Numbered from the stretch's first letter, positions 9,418 to 22,282 are shown. The stretch is 64,000 nucleotides of DNA from Candidatus Eiseniibacteriota bacterium (GCA_965224245.1 OZ245046.1:1856001-1920000), one strand, 5' to 3'. The notes: generated from the letters alone by a model not told the origin. Program-made: numbers and translations.

Positions 9418-9636
9418 TGGGCGCCACGACGCAGCGCCCGGCCCCCGTCGAGTGGGACGTCCGCGGGGCCCGTGGCGCCTCCGGCGATCGCCTCCGCCTG
9501 TCATCGCTCGGGTCGGAGCTCACACGGCCGCGCGGTACGGCGAGGGCCGTGGGACGGCGCAACGCGGCGAGATCGCGCACGGCCGGACGCGCCCGCGCCG
9601 GGACGGAGCCTCGGGCCGAACACCGATCGGGACGTG

Positions 9637-9645
9637 TGCTAACGT
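9637..9645 (+). promoter_or_regulatory. candidate extended -10 promoter for the ECF gene
   Basis: TG-C-TAACGT 43 nt upstream of ATG, flanked by inverted repeat CCGAACA/TGTTCGG. Confidence 0.35.
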
Positions 9646-9687
9646 TGATGTTCGGTGTGGACGACGGCACTCTCGCGGTGAAGCACA

Positions 9688-10257
9688 ATGCGCGACGACG
9701 ACGACACGACGGCGGATCGGCCCGAGCGATCGCTCCCCAAGTCCGGCGGCGAGCTCCTCCCGCTCGTCTACGGCGAGCTCCGGCGGCTCGCGCGCTCACG
9801 CATGTCCAAGGTCCCCCCCGGCAACACGCTACAGCCCACCGAGCTCGTCCACGAGGCATACGCCCGCCTCGTGCGGTCCGGCCCCAACCGCTGGGCCAAT
9901 CGGGGGCACTTCTTCGTGGCCGCCGCCGAGGCCATGCGCCGCATCCTCGTCGAGCAGGCGCGCCGCAAGGCCACGGCCAAGCACGGCGGGCACCTCGAGC
10001 GACTGTCCGCGCACGACGTGGACATCGTCTTCACCGAGCCGGTCGAGGACGTGATCGCGCTGAGCGAGGCGATCGAGCGGCTGCGCAACGACGACGAACG
10101 CAAGGCGAACGTCGTCCTCCTGCGCAGCTTCGCCGGTCTCTCGCGCGAGGAGGTCGCGGCCGCGCTCGGCGTGAGCGTGCCCACCATCGACCGCGACTGG
10201 CGCTACATCGTGGCCCGGCTGCACCACGAGCTCACCGGCTACGTGGGGGACTCGTGA
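9688..10257 (+). CDS. ECF RNA polymerase sigma factor, kinase-associated (TIGR02999-like)
   Basis: LLPLVYGELRRLA, TLQPTELVHEAY, HFFVAAAEAMRRILVE, sigma4 HTH GLSREEVAAALGVS..TIDRDW. Confidence 0.92.
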   Translation: MRDDDDTTADRPERSLPKSGGELLPLVYGELRRLARSRMSKVPPGNTLQPTELVHEAYARLVRSGPNRWANRGHFFVAAAEAMRRILVEQARRKATAKHGGHLERLSAHDVDIVFTEPVEDVIALSEAIERLRNDDERKANVVLLRSFAGLSREEVAAALGVSVPTIDRDWRYIVARLHHELTGYVGDS

Positions 10258-13200
10258 GCGACGGTCCCTCCGCCCGCGCCGAGGAGCTCTTCCATGCCGC
10301 GCTCGAGCTGCCCCCACTGGACCGAGAACGTCTCCTTCAGGACGCGTGCGTCGGCGACGTCGCTCTCCGGCGGGACGTGGACGTGTTGCTCGCGAACTAC
10401 GAGCGCGCGAGCGCCGGCTTCCTGGACCAGCCGGTCTTTCGCATGCCCGAGGACGGCCTCGACACGCCGGTGACGATCGGCTCGTACCGGGTTCTCCGAC
10501 CCATCGGCGAGGGTGGAATGGGGCTCGTCTACGAGGCCGAGCAGGACGGGCCCCGGCGTGCGGTCGCGGTCAAGGTCCTGAGGCCGGGGCTCTACGCCCG
10601 GCATCAGCTCCGGCGGTTCGAGCTGGAGTGCGAGGTGCTCGGCCAGCTCACTCACCCCGGCATCGCCCGGGTGTACGACGCAGGGACCGCCACCGTCACC
10701 TACGCCGGCGGGCATCGCGCCGAGCTCCCCTACCTGGCCATGGAGCTGATCCGCGGCCGGAGCCTCCTCGACCACGCCGAGTCCGCCTCCCTCCCGGTCG
10801 AGAGCCGGCTTCGGCTCTTCGCCCGGGTCTGCGACGCGGTTCACTACGCCCACCAGCAGGCCATCATCCACCGGGATCTGAAGCCCACGAACATCCTCGT
10901 CGACGACCGCGGTCAGCCGAAGATCCTCGACTTCGGCGTCGCCCGCGTCGTGGACGAGCACGCGACGCGCACCCGACACACCCGGACCGGCGACGTCGTG
11001 GGGACGCTACGGTACATGAGTCCCGAGCAGCTCCTCGGGACGTCGCCCGACGTGGACCTGCGCTCGGACGTGTACACCCTCGGCGTGATCCTGTACGAGC
11101 TCTTGACGTCGAGATCGCCCTACGAGGCGGAGACCGCCACCACGACGATCGCGGAGATGCTCCGTCGCGTGGACGCCGGCGACGTGCCGCGTCCCAGCGC
11201 GTGTGACCGGTCGCTACGCGGGGACCCCGACGCCATCGTCCTCACCGCGATGGCCGTCGACCCGGCCGAGCGATACCCCACGGCGGCCGCGCTGGCCGAA
11301 GACGTCCGGCGGTTTCTGGACGGTGCGCCGATCGCGGCCCGAGGGGATCGCGGCTGGTATGCGTTGCGCCGCCTGGTGCGTCGCCACCGCCGAACGGTGG
11401 CGGTCTCGGTCGCCTTCGTGACGCTCGTGCTCGCGTCGACGGTCCTGGCCTGGTCGCTGTACACACAGTCGCTCCGGGCGCAACGTGTGGCCGATCGCGA
11501 GCGGCAGGAGGCCACCGAGCGGCTCTGGGAATCCTACCTGTCGGGCGCCGAGACCGAGCGAGCCACCCAGCGGGCCGGACGTCGCGGTCGAAGCCTGGAC
11601 CTCCTCGGCTCGGCGGCGGCCATCCGTCCCGGCCCCGAGGTTCGGGACGGCGTCATCGCCTCGATGGCGATCTCGGACGTCGAGCTGCTGTCGACGATGC
11701 CTCGGGACGGGATCGTGAGCGCCCGCGGGCTCGCCGGCGTCGATCGACTGGCCACCGCGTCGTCCGACGGCCGGATCCGGGTGCTCGACCTGCCGGACCT
11801 GAACGAGCGCGTCAGCGTTCAGGGTCCCCCGCACACCGCATACGTCGTCGCGTTCAGCCACGATGGTCGGTATCTCGCGGCGAAGCACCACCCCGCGGCG
11901 TTCGAGCAGTCCGAGGTCCGCGTCTGGGTGTGGGACCTGGATGGGCCGGCACCGATCCTCCGGCTCGACGAGGGCGAGGTCGTGCGCAACGCGATCACGA
12001 TGGGGCGGACCGAGGGCATCGGCCCCTGGGCCGCTTTCGGCGAGATCGATGGCGCGGTTCACCTGTATCGCCTCGATCCTCCCGGTCCCTGGCTGTCGTT
12101 CTCGCCGACCTTCGCTCCCGCGTTCCTGGAGTTCGATCCGGTGCTCGGCCGGCTCGCCGCGGCGAGCGGGGCCGGAGAGGTCGAGATCTGGGACGTCGCC
12201 CGACGGGAGCGGATCCTCGCGCACCAGCTCGCCACGCGACTCTCGGCGCTCGGGTGGTCCCGCGAATCGCGCCTCGTCGTCGGGACGCCGTCCGGTGAGG
12301 TCTACGAGTGGGATCCGGAGTCACGGGCCGTGCAGAGGCAGTTCGTCGGTCACCAGGGATGGATCGGGAACCTGTTTCTGTCTCCGGACAACGAGCTCCT
12401 GGTCACCGAGTCGTGGGATGCGACCACGCGGCTGTGGGACTTTCGAACCGCCGGCGAGATCGTGGCTCCGTTGCATGCGGAGGACGTGGAGGGCGTCGGT
12501 CGCTACGTCACGACGACCAGTGCCGACGAGGTCAAGGTCTACCGCTACGAGCCCAGCCTCGCCTGTCGGCGCCTGTACGCCGGTGCCCCGTTTCTCATGC
12601 GCCCGACGATGGTCGAGGCCGCACGAGACGGTCGCCACGTGGTGACCGCGACGTCGAACGGAGGGCTCCAGATCTGGGACCTCGAGGCCGGGCGGCTGAT
12701 CGAGACCGTGTCACCGGACCCGCATCGCTTCGGCGCGTTCGCCGGCCCCGGCGACGACCGCCTGGTGGCGTTCGATGGTGGAGCCCTCTCCGTGTGGCGG
12801 GTCGCCTGGTCGGGTGGCGCGCCGCATCCGAGCGACCACCGTGTCCTCTGGACGCGAGCCGGCGCTCACGACGGTAACGTGGCGCTCGACGCGTCGGAAG
12901 CACGCGTGATCGTGACCAGTCCGGAGGAGATCGCGGTCATCGATCTCGCGACCGGCGACCGGATCCGGACGCTGCCCGGGTACCCCGGCGTGTCGGCGCC
13001 GGCGCTGGCCACCGGTGGCCGGCTCGCGTTCACCGGCGTGTGGCGGCGGAACGACGCGCGACTGATCGATCTCGACTCGGGCGACACGATCGCGTCGTTC
13101 GCGGGCCACAGCGTCGCGGGCACGTTCACGCCCGACGGTAACACCCTGGTGGTCTGCGCCGAGGAGTCGCTGTCACGCTACGACGCGCCCGACTGGCACC

Positions 13201-13496
13201 GGACGTTCCGGGTCGAGGACAACGGTCGGGACCTCGCCGCCGCCCGTCCGGTCATCGCACCGGATGGACGTACGCTCGCGCTGCCCGGCACGCACGACGT
13301 GCGTCTCTACGATCTCGCGACCGGAGCACGTCTGGCAACGCTCGAACCGGGGGATCGGTCCTTCGTCAGTGCCGCCTGCTTCGGTAGCTCCCAGGCCACG
13401 GTCGTGAACCTGACGCAGCAGGGCGTCATCATGACCTGGGACGTGGCCAGGATCCGGGCGCGTCTGTCGGAGCTGGGGCTCGACTGGTCGCTCTGA
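10254..13496 (+). CDS. membrane Hanks-type Ser/Thr protein kinase with C-terminal WD40 propellers
   Basis: IGEGGMGLVY, VAVK, HRDLKPTN, DFG, GTLRYMSPEQ; one TM helix; GH..WD repeats (GHQGWI..SWDATTRLWD); GTG overlaps ECF stop. Confidence 0.92.
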   Translation: MSDGPSARAEELFHAALELPPLDRERLLQDACVGDVALRRDVDVLLANYERASAGFLDQPVFRMPEDGLDTPVTIGSYRVLRPIGEGGMGLVYEAEQDGPRRAVAVKVLRPGLYARHQLRRFELECEVLGQLTHPGIARVYDAGTATVTYAGGHRAELPYLAMELIRGRSLLDHAESASLPVESRLRLFARVCDAVHYAHQQAIIHRDLKPTNILVDDRGQPKILDFGVARVVDEHATRTRHTRTGDVVGTLRYMSPEQLLGTSPDVDLRSDVYTLGVILYELLTSRSPYEAETATTTIAEMLRRVDAGDVPRPSACDRSLRGDPDAIVLTAMAVDPAERYPTAAALAEDVRRFLDGAPIAARGDRGWYALRRLVRRHRRTVAVSVAFVTLVLASTVLAWSLYTQSLRAQRVADRERQEATERLWESYLSGAETERATQRAGRRGRSLDLLGSAAAIRPGPEVRDGVIASMAISDVELLSTMPRDGIVSARGLAGVDRLATASSDGRIRVLDLPDLNERVSVQGPPHTAYVVAFSHDGRYLAAKHHPAAFEQSEVRVWVWDLDGPAPILRLDEGEVVRNAITMGRTEGIGPWAAFGEIDGAVHLYRLDPPGPWLSFSPTFAPAFLEFDPVLGRLAAASGAGEVEIWDVARRERILAHQLATRLSALGWSRESRLVVGTPSGEVYEWDPESRAVQRQFVGHQGWIGNLFLSPDNELLVTESWDATTRLWDFRTAGEIVAPLHAEDVEGVGRYVTTTSADEVKVYRYEPSLACRRLYAGAPFLMRPTMVEAARDGRHVVTATSNGGLQIWDLEAGRLIETVSPDPHRFGAFAGPGDDRLVAFDGGALSVWRVAWSGGAPHPSDHRVLWTRAGAHDGNVALDASEARVIVTSPEEIAVIDLATGDRIRTLPGYPGVSAPALATGGRLAFTGVWRRNDARLIDLDSGDTIASFAGHSVAGTFTPDGNTLVVCAEESLSRYDAPDWHRTFRVEDNGRDLAAARPVIAPDGRTLALPGTHDVRLYDLATGARLATLEPGDRSFVSAACFGSSQATVVNLTQQGVIMTWDVARIRARLSELGLDWSL

Positions 13497-13559
13497 GGTC
13501 CGACCGAACGACGCGCGAGTCGGGCGCGGATTCCCGTCGCATGCGGGATCGAGTCGCGG

Positions 13560-15911
13560 CTAGAACTGGCGGCCGATGATCAGGTGAGGCTTCCACTTCG
13601 CCCCGCCTTCGCGGTCGAACCCGTAGGCGTAGTCGAGTCCGAGCAGCCCGAGCATCGGCACCTCCATCCGGAAGCCGATACCCGCGCCGCGCTTGAGGCT
13701 GTTGAGGCTGAAGTCGTCGATCTCGTTCCAGGTGTCGCCCATGTCCAGGAACAACAGCCCGTGGAGCGGATGCGCGATCGGGAACTGGTACTCGGTCGTG
13801 AACGTGGTCATGTACCGTCCGCCGGGGAAGCGGCTGGAGCCGACGATGTTGTCCTCGGGCACCACGTCGTAGTCGTCGTAACCGCGGAGGTAGTTCTGCA
13901 GCGTGCCGCCCAGACGGAACGTCTCGTATCCGGGGACCATTCCGCCGGTCACGTAGGGCAGGAGCGCCCCGATCCGGGCCCGCAGCATCAGGACCGGCTT
14001 CCAGAACGGCCGCACGTACGTCCGGTGGTCGATCGTGTGCTTGTGGAAATCGACCGTGCCCCCGAGGATGCCGCCGGCCAGCTCGACCGTGTAGGACGAT
14101 CGCGATCCGGACGTGGGGTAGAACGGGTTGTCGGTCGTCGAGCGACGCAGACCCCAGGTCGTGGACACGATCGTGCCCTCGCCGTCCCGCAACCGCCGCT
14201 GGGTGTCCTCGCTCAGCGACGGTGAGATGTACGGGATCTCGATGTCCTGGACCTGGAAGCTCGCGGACGCGCGCGTGTAGTCGATGCCCGGCATCGGCCA
14301 GCCGATCGTGATCCCGGCGCCGCGGCGGCGATCGTCGTAGACGTCGCGCTCGATCTCGGTGTCGAACAGATCCACGCCCAGCGAGATCGGGCGGTCCAGG
14401 AGCCACGGTTCGGTGAACGACAGCTCGTACTGGCTGCGGCGAGAGCCCCGTTCGAGATGCATGTTCATGGCCCAGCCGTTCCCGAACAGGTTGTTGTGCC
14501 CGATCTGGAGGAAGCCGGTCAGACCGGTCGCGCTCGAGAAGCCCATGCCGGCCCCGGCCGTTCCCAGGCGGCGCTCGATGACCTCGATCTCGAGGTCGAT
14601 GTCGTTCGTCTCGGGATCGGTCTTGCCGAAGTCCACCTGGACGTCGTCGAAGTAGCCGAGCGCGAACACCTCCCGCTGCGAACGCATCAGTCGCGAGCGA
14701 CGGAAGATCTCCCCAGGGTAGATCTCGAGCTCGCGCCGGATCACGTGCTCCTTGGTGCGCGTGTTGCCCAGGATGCGGATCTCGCCGATCCGGCTGGGCT
14801 CGCCCTCGCTGATCGCGTAGTGCGCCTGCACCTGATTGTTGGGGAGGACGGTCTCCTGCCGGTCCACGCTGAACCCGAGCAAGTACCCGCGCTCGGTGAA
14901 CGCCTCGCCGATCGCGCCGGAGAACCGGGCGAGCTTGCTGGCGCTGTACGGGTCGCCGGGCGACCAGGGCACGAGCTGCGCGATGAGCTCGTCGCCGACG
15001 CTCTCGTTGCCGTGCCAGGTCGGAGCGGCCATCTCGTAGCGGGGCCCCTCGGCCACCTCGATCTCGACGAACATGTCGCGCGGCGAGCCCGGGTACTTGA
15101 CGTCGTAGCCCAGGACCTTCGCGTCGCGGTAGCCGTTGTCGTGGTAGAACGTCTCGATGCGGTCCAGGTCGGCCAGGAGCTTCTCCTGCTCGAACTTCCC
15201 GGAGCGAAGGAACCCCTTGGTCTTCGACTCCATCGCCCCCCGGAGATCGTCGTCCTCGAGCCCGTCGTTTCCGACGAACGCGATCCGCCGGATGCGCAGG
15301 CGCTCCCCCTCGGTCACGTCGAACGTCAGCTTCACCCGACCCGTCGCCTCGACGATCTCGCGCTCCACGCTCACGGTGGCCAGCGGGAAGCCCTCCTCTC
15401 GATAGGCCGCGAGGATCTCCTGTCGCGCGGCCTCGACGGCGGCCGGATCGAGGAGCTCGCCGGCGGTGAGGACCAGACGATCCTCGAGCTCGTCGTCGTC
15501 GACCGCGTCGTTGCCGTCGAAGTGGAGCGAGTCGATCCGCTGCCGCTCGACGACGCGAATGAGCAGGTTGACGCCCAGCTCGCCGTTGGCCTCGGCCAGG
15601 AGCTTGACGTCCGAGAACAGCCCGAGTCCGTACAGGGCCTTCAGCCCCTCGCGGGCCAGCGCGGGGTTCAGGCGATCCCCCACGGCCAGCGGGAACCGGG
15701 ATCGGATCAGGCTCGACTCGGTGGACGAGTTGCCGTCGATGTCGATGGCCATGATCGTGGGCTGGGCCGCGGCCGGCCGCGCGATCCCGAGCACGAGCGC
15801 GAGCGCGAGCAGAGCGACGGACACACGCGGACGTCGCCGGATCGCCGGGCCATCGAGGCACCGTCCCGCCTGCCGGAGGGCGGCCGGGAGGACGGATCTG
15901 AGTGCGAACAT
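13560..15911 (-). CDS. bamA: outer membrane protein assembly factor BamA
   Basis: five POTRA repeats (GN motifs, GNTRTKEHVIRRE), NLFGNG, FTEPW, LRGY, terminal Phe; start chosen from GGAGG RBS, uncertain. Confidence 0.93.
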   Translation of the reverse strand: MFALRSVLPAALRQAGRCLDGPAIRRRPRVSVALLALALVLGIARPAAAQPTIMAIDIDGNSSTESSLIRSRFPLAVGDRLNPALAREGLKALYGLGLFSDVKLLAEANGELGVNLLIRVVERQRIDSLHFDGNDAVDDDELEDRLVLTAGELLDPAAVEAARQEILAAYREEGFPLATVSVEREIVEATGRVKLTFDVTEGERLRIRRIAFVGNDGLEDDDLRGAMESKTKGFLRSGKFEQEKLLADLDRIETFYHDNGYRDAKVLGYDVKYPGSPRDMFVEIEVAEGPRYEMAAPTWHGNESVGDELIAQLVPWSPGDPYSASKLARFSGAIGEAFTERGYLLGFSVDRQETVLPNNQVQAHYAISEGEPSRIGEIRILGNTRTKEHVIRRELEIYPGEIFRRSRLMRSQREVFALGYFDDVQVDFGKTDPETNDIDLEIEVIERRLGTAGAGMGFSSATGLTGFLQIGHNNLFGNGWAMNMHLERGSRRSQYELSFTEPWLLDRPISLGVDLFDTEIERDVYDDRRRGAGITIGWPMPGIDYTRASASFQVQDIEIPYISPSLSEDTQRRLRDGEGTIVSTTWGLRRSTTDNPFYPTSGSRSSYTVELAGGILGGTVDFHKHTIDHRTYVRPFWKPVLMLRARIGALLPYVTGGMVPGYETFRLGGTLQNYLRGYDDYDVVPEDNIVGSSRFPGGRYMTTFTTEYQFPIAHPLHGLLFLDMGDTWNEIDDFSLNSLKRGAGIGFRMEVPMLGLLGLDYAYGFDREGGAKWKPHLIIGRQF

Positions 15912-15981
15912 CGAGCTGGGGGACCTCCGAGCCGTCGAGCCGGCCGGGTGTGACATCCCGGCGAGGCTCGACGACCGATCG

Positions 15982-18447
<2,466 letters not shown>

Positions 18448-18505
18448 GGCTCTGATTCCTCCTCGCCCCGCGAGCGGTGCGGTCGCCCGTCGGCACGTAT
18501 AACAA

Positions 18506-19600
18506 CTAGCTCAGCGAGTATTCTCCGTCCAAAGTCGACTCGCCCGACAGCAGGCGGTGGGCCAGCTGAGCCCGAACCGCGCGTCGGCTGCCGGCCGTCA
18601 ACGGGTGACCCGCCAGACGCGCCAGATGCGCGGGCTGCGACAGTATCACCAGCTGATTGAGAACCGAAAGCGTCGGCAGGCTCTCGAACCCGAGCGAGTG
18701 CCCCAGCCGGAGCGCGGAGGCGGACGCCACGACCTCCGCGGCGGAGGTCATGCGACAGCTCTCGAGCGTTCCCAGCGCGCGGTACACCTTGTCGGTGACC
18801 TCGCCCAGGGCGTCGGTGCGCAGCCAGTCACGCGCGTCGGTCTCGTAGCGGAGCACCTCGCGCGTGACCTGCTCGATCATGTCCACGAGGTCCTCTTCCG
18901 ACTTGCCCAGCGTGATCTGGTTGGAGATCTGGAAGAAGTGGCCGACCACGCTCGAGCCCTCGCCGTAGAAGCCGCGGACGGTCAGGCCGATCTGCGAGAC
19001 GCTGTCGATGACCTTGTCGATCTCGCGTGTCAGCACCAGCGACGGAAGGTGGAGAAGCACCGAGACTCGCAGGCCCGTCCCCACGTTGGTCGGACACGTG
19101 GTCACGTAGCCGACGTCGGGGCGGTAGGCGAAGTCGAGGCGGTTCGCGAGCACCGTATCCAGCGTGGCCACGCTCTCCCAGCAGTCGTGCAGGCCGAAGC
19201 CGCTCCGGATTCCCTGCAGACGGAGATGATCCTCCTCGTTGACCATCACCGACAGGCGGTCGTTCGCGCCCGGAATGAACGCGCGGCCCGGTGCGGGCGT
19301 CTTGAACTCGGCGCTGATGAGATGTCGCTCGAGCAGGAGATCCCGATCGATCGGATCCAGATCCGAGATGATCAGCGTCTCGTCGGCCCTCAGGACCGGC
19401 GAGCGACCGGCCGCGGTGAGGACGTCCTCCAGCACCGCGTCGAGCTCCTTCTCGTCGGCACGCCAGGGAAAGCGCGTGCCCTCGATGTTGCGCGCCAGTC
19501 GGACGCGCGTGCTGAGGACGACGTCGGATTCGGGACCTGCCGGATCGAACCAGGCCCCCTCGCCGCGCGCGAGCTTCGTCAGCCGCGCCTCGGCGCTCAT
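18506..19600 (-). CDS. mcsB: protein arginine kinase
   Basis: STRVRLARN, LLERHLIS, NEEDHLRLQ, CPTNVGTGLR, QISNQITLG. Confidence 0.93.
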   Translation of the reverse strand: MSAEARLTKLARGEGAWFDPAGPESDVVLSTRVRLARNIEGTRFPWRADEKELDAVLEDVLTAAGRSPVLRADETLIISDLDPIDRDLLLERHLISAEFKTPAPGRAFIPGANDRLSVMVNEEDHLRLQGIRSGFGLHDCWESVATLDTVLANRLDFAYRPDVGYVTTCPTNVGTGLRVSVLLHLPSLVLTREIDKVIDSVSQIGLTVRGFYGEGSSVVGHFFQISNQITLGKSEEDLVDMIEQVTREVLRYETDARDWLRTDALGEVTDKVYRALGTLESCRMTSAAEVVASASALRLGHSLGFESLPTLSVLNQLVILSQPAHLARLAGHPLTAGSRRAVRAQLAHRLLSGESTLDGEYSLS

Positions 19601-20136
19601 GACGCATCCTCGCTCTCTGGCTGCGCCCGCACGGCGGTCTGCAGCTCCTGGATCCGGTCGCGCAGCGAGGCCGCCGACTCGTACTCCTCGCGGCGCAGCG
19701 CGCGCGCGAGCTCCGAACGCAGGCGCCGGAGCTCGCGTCGCTCCTCGCGCAGCTCCTCGTTCTCGCCGGGCTTGCGCCCGACGTGCTTGGTGCTGCCGTG
19801 GGTCTTGCGAAACACGATCCGGAGCTGACCCATGAACGCCTCGTAGCAGTCGGGACAGCCCAGGCGTCCGGTCTTCGTAAACTCGGAGAACAGAAGTCCG
19901 CACGACGCACAGCGCACGCCGTGCGTCTCGGTGTCGCCGGTCAGGTCCTTGGCCATGCTCACGAGCTTCTCGGCCATGTCCTGGATCGGACCGTCGCCCA
20001 CCGACGTGGACGAGTAGCCGTGATCCTCCGCGCACCGACGGCACACGTCGAGGTGCTCGACGACGTCGTTGTCGATCTGTTGCATGTGGATGACGGCGGG
20101 CGACTCTCCACAGATGTCACACATCTTCTTGCTCAT
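19597..20136 (-). CDS. mcsA: McsA, McsB activator (4x CxxC + UVR domain)
   Basis: CDIC, CRRC, CASC, CPDC; GRLGC..CY..F; EEYESAASLRDRI. Confidence 0.92.
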   Translation of the reverse strand: MSKKMCDICGESPAVIHMQQIDNDVVEHLDVCRRCAEDHGYSSTSVGDGPIQDMAEKLVSMAKDLTGDTETHGVRCASCGLLFSEFTKTGRLGCPDCYEAFMGQLRIVFRKTHGSTKHVGRKPGENEELREERRELRRLRSELARALRREEYESAASLRDRIQELQTAVRAQPESEDAS

Positions 20137-20173
20137 CACGTCACGCCCCGCGGGACTCTCCACCCCTCACCCG

Positions 20174-20950
20174 TCATGCGCCGGCGCCCGTACCCGGGAC
20201 CGCCCTCGGGGATTCTCCCCCCGCAAGCGCGTGCAGGCATCCATCGCGGAGCTCCAGAACCCGGTCCGCGTGCGACGCCCACTCCGCGCTGTGCGTCGTC
20301 ACGACGACGGCTTGCCCCAGCGACTCCCGGAGCTCGGCCAGGAGATCGTAGATCATGCGGCCCGTCGTTGGATCCAGATTACCCGATGGCTCGTCCGCAA
20401 GCACGATGTCCGGGTCGTTGATGAGCGCTCGCGCGATGGCCACGCGCTGCTGCTCCCCGCCCGAGAGCTGGGCGGGCCGGTGGTCGGCCCGCTGGGTCAG
20501 CCCGACCCGATCCAGGAGCGCGCGGGCCCGGGTGCGGGCGGCCCGGAGGTCCGAGCCGGCTACTCGGGCCGGAATCATCACGTTCTCGACGGCCGTGAAC
20601 TCCGGCAGCAGGTGATGGAACTGAAACACGAACCCCACCGCGTGGTTGCGAAACGACGCTTCCTGGCCGTCCTGGCCCGAGAACACCTGGCGTCCCCTGA
20701 ACGTCAGGGAGCCCGCGTCCGGGCGGTCCAGGGCGCCGAGAATGTGCAGCAGCGTGCTCTTTCCGACCCCCGAGAGCCCGACGATGGCCGCGAACTCGCC
20801 CTCCTCGACCGCCATCGAGGCCCCGCGGAGAACCTCCAGCCGTCTCGGCCCGAGCGTGAAGGTCCGGTACAGGCCCTCGGCCACGAGAATCGGCCGCTCG
20901 GGCCGTGTGTCGGGGGCCCGTTCGGATGCGTCGCCCACTGTGTGCCTCAC
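20174..20950 (-). CDS. lolD: lipoprotein-releasing ABC transporter ATP-binding protein
   Basis: [42 protein letters not shown] overlaps lolC stop. Confidence 0.92.
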   Translation of the reverse strand: MRHTVGDASERAPDTRPERPILVAEGLYRTFTLGPRRLEVLRGASMAVEEGEFAAIVGLSGVGKSTLLHILGALDRPDAGSLTFRGRQVFSGQDGQEASFRNHAVGFVFQFHHLLPEFTAVENVMIPARVAGSDLRAARTRARALLDRVGLTQRADHRPAQLSGGEQQRVAIARALINDPDIVLADEPSGNLDPTTGRMIYDLLAELRESLGQAVVVTTHSAEWASHADRVLELRDGCLHALAGGESPRAVPGTGAGA

Positions 20951-22197
20951 TCGTATCTTATCGCCTCGACCGGGTCCAATCTTGACGCGCGCCATGCCGG
21001 ATAGAGGGCGGCAACATAGCAGATCAGGAGCGCAATCGTTGGCACGACGAGGAAATCGAGCCACTCCATCCGGACCGGCAGCGACCCGATGATGTACACG
21101 TCCTCGGGGAGGTCGATGATGCGATACCGGTCCAGGACCCAGCTCAGGAGCCATCCCCCGGCGACCCCGGCGAACACCCCGGCCCCGCCGATGAACAGCC
21201 CCTGGGTCACGAACACCCGTCGCACGAACTCCGACGTGGCCCCCATGGCCTTCAGGACGCCGATGTCGCGGTGCTTCTTCATCACGACCATGATCAGCGT
21301 CGAGACGATGTTGAACGACGCCACGACGACGATCAGCGCGGTCACCAGGAACATCGCCGCCTTCTCCAGCTTCATCCAGGTGAACAGGTTGGCGTTCAGA
21401 TCGATCCAGTTGTTCTGCGAGTAGTCGAGCGGTCCCAGCTCGTCGACCAGCGTTCGAGCCACGTTCCGGGCGTCGTCCATGTTCTGGATTCGCAGCTGGA
21501 TCGCCGTGACGTGATCGGTCGGATCGGCGCTGCCGGCGTGAAAGAGCCGCTGAGCGGTCTCCAGGCTCAGCAGTACCAGCGAGGCGTCGAACTCGTACAT
21601 GCCGCTTCGCACCAGGCCGGCCACGCGGAGCTTGCGAAAGCGCGGTATGAACCCGAACGGCGATCGCACGCCGTCGAACGGCAGCGTCAGCTGGATCGTG
21701 TCGCCCCGCCTGACGCCCAGGTTCGCGGCGAGCTGAAAGCCGACGTACACCCCGGCGAGATCGTCCTCGTAGCGCGGCTCCAGCGGATCGAACGGCTCTT
21801 CGATCCGATCCATCAGATCGGTCACGTTGCGCTCGCGATCGACGTCGATCCCCTTCAGGACCACGCCGTCCTCTCCGAGACGCCCCTTCACGACGCCCTT
21901 GCCGTACATGAACGGCGATGCGCCGAGCACGTCGGGTCGGGCCTCCAGGGAATCGGCCAGCGCGTCGTAGTCGGCGATGCCCCCGGCGCGGTTCCCGATC
22001 AGGATCACGTGGGCGTGGATGCCGAGGATGCGATCCTCCAGCTCCGTCCGGAAGCCGTTGAGCACGCTCAGCACGACGAGAGTGGCCATCACCCCCACGG
22101 CGACGCCGAGCGCGGAGATGAGGCTGATGACCGAGATGAAGCCCATTCCGCGCCGAGGACGCGCGTAGCGCCGCGCGATGTCGACCTCGAGACTCAT
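20947..22197 (-). CDS. lolC: lipoprotein-releasing ABC transporter permease LolC/E
   Basis: [56 protein letters not shown]. Confidence 0.93.
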   Translation of the reverse strand: MSLEVDIARRYARPRRGMGFISVISLISALGVAVGVMATLVVLSVLNGFRTELEDRILGIHAHVILIGNRAGGIADYDALADSLEARPDVLGASPFMYGKGVVKGRLGEDGVVLKGIDVDRERNVTDLMDRIEEPFDPLEPRYEDDLAGVYVGFQLAANLGVRRGDTIQLTLPFDGVRSPFGFIPRFRKLRVAGLVRSGMYEFDASLVLLSLETAQRLFHAGSADPTDHVTAIQLRIQNMDDARNVARTLVDELGPLDYSQNNWIDLNANLFTWMKLEKAAMFLVTALIVVVASFNIVSTLIMVVMKKHRDIGVLKAMGATSEFVRRVFVTQGLFIGGAGVFAGVAGGWLLSWVLDRYRIIDLPEDVYIIGSLPVRMEWLDFLVVPTIALLICYVAALYPAWRASRLDPVEAIRYE

Positions 22198-22282
22198 CCA
22201 ACGCTCCCGCCCGACGGCCCTCGAGTGATGGACGTGAGCCGAGCCGTCGGGAGCGGCTCACGCGACGCGAGACCGAGTCGAC

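Noticed and set aside
9277..9642. Small ORFs in the skp-ECF intergenic region
   Set aside because: No RBS or recognisable motif; the region is better explained by promoters
9205..13559. ECF/kinase cassette as a transposon or island
   Set aside because: No transposase, terminal inverted repeats, target-site duplication or obvious GC shift visible
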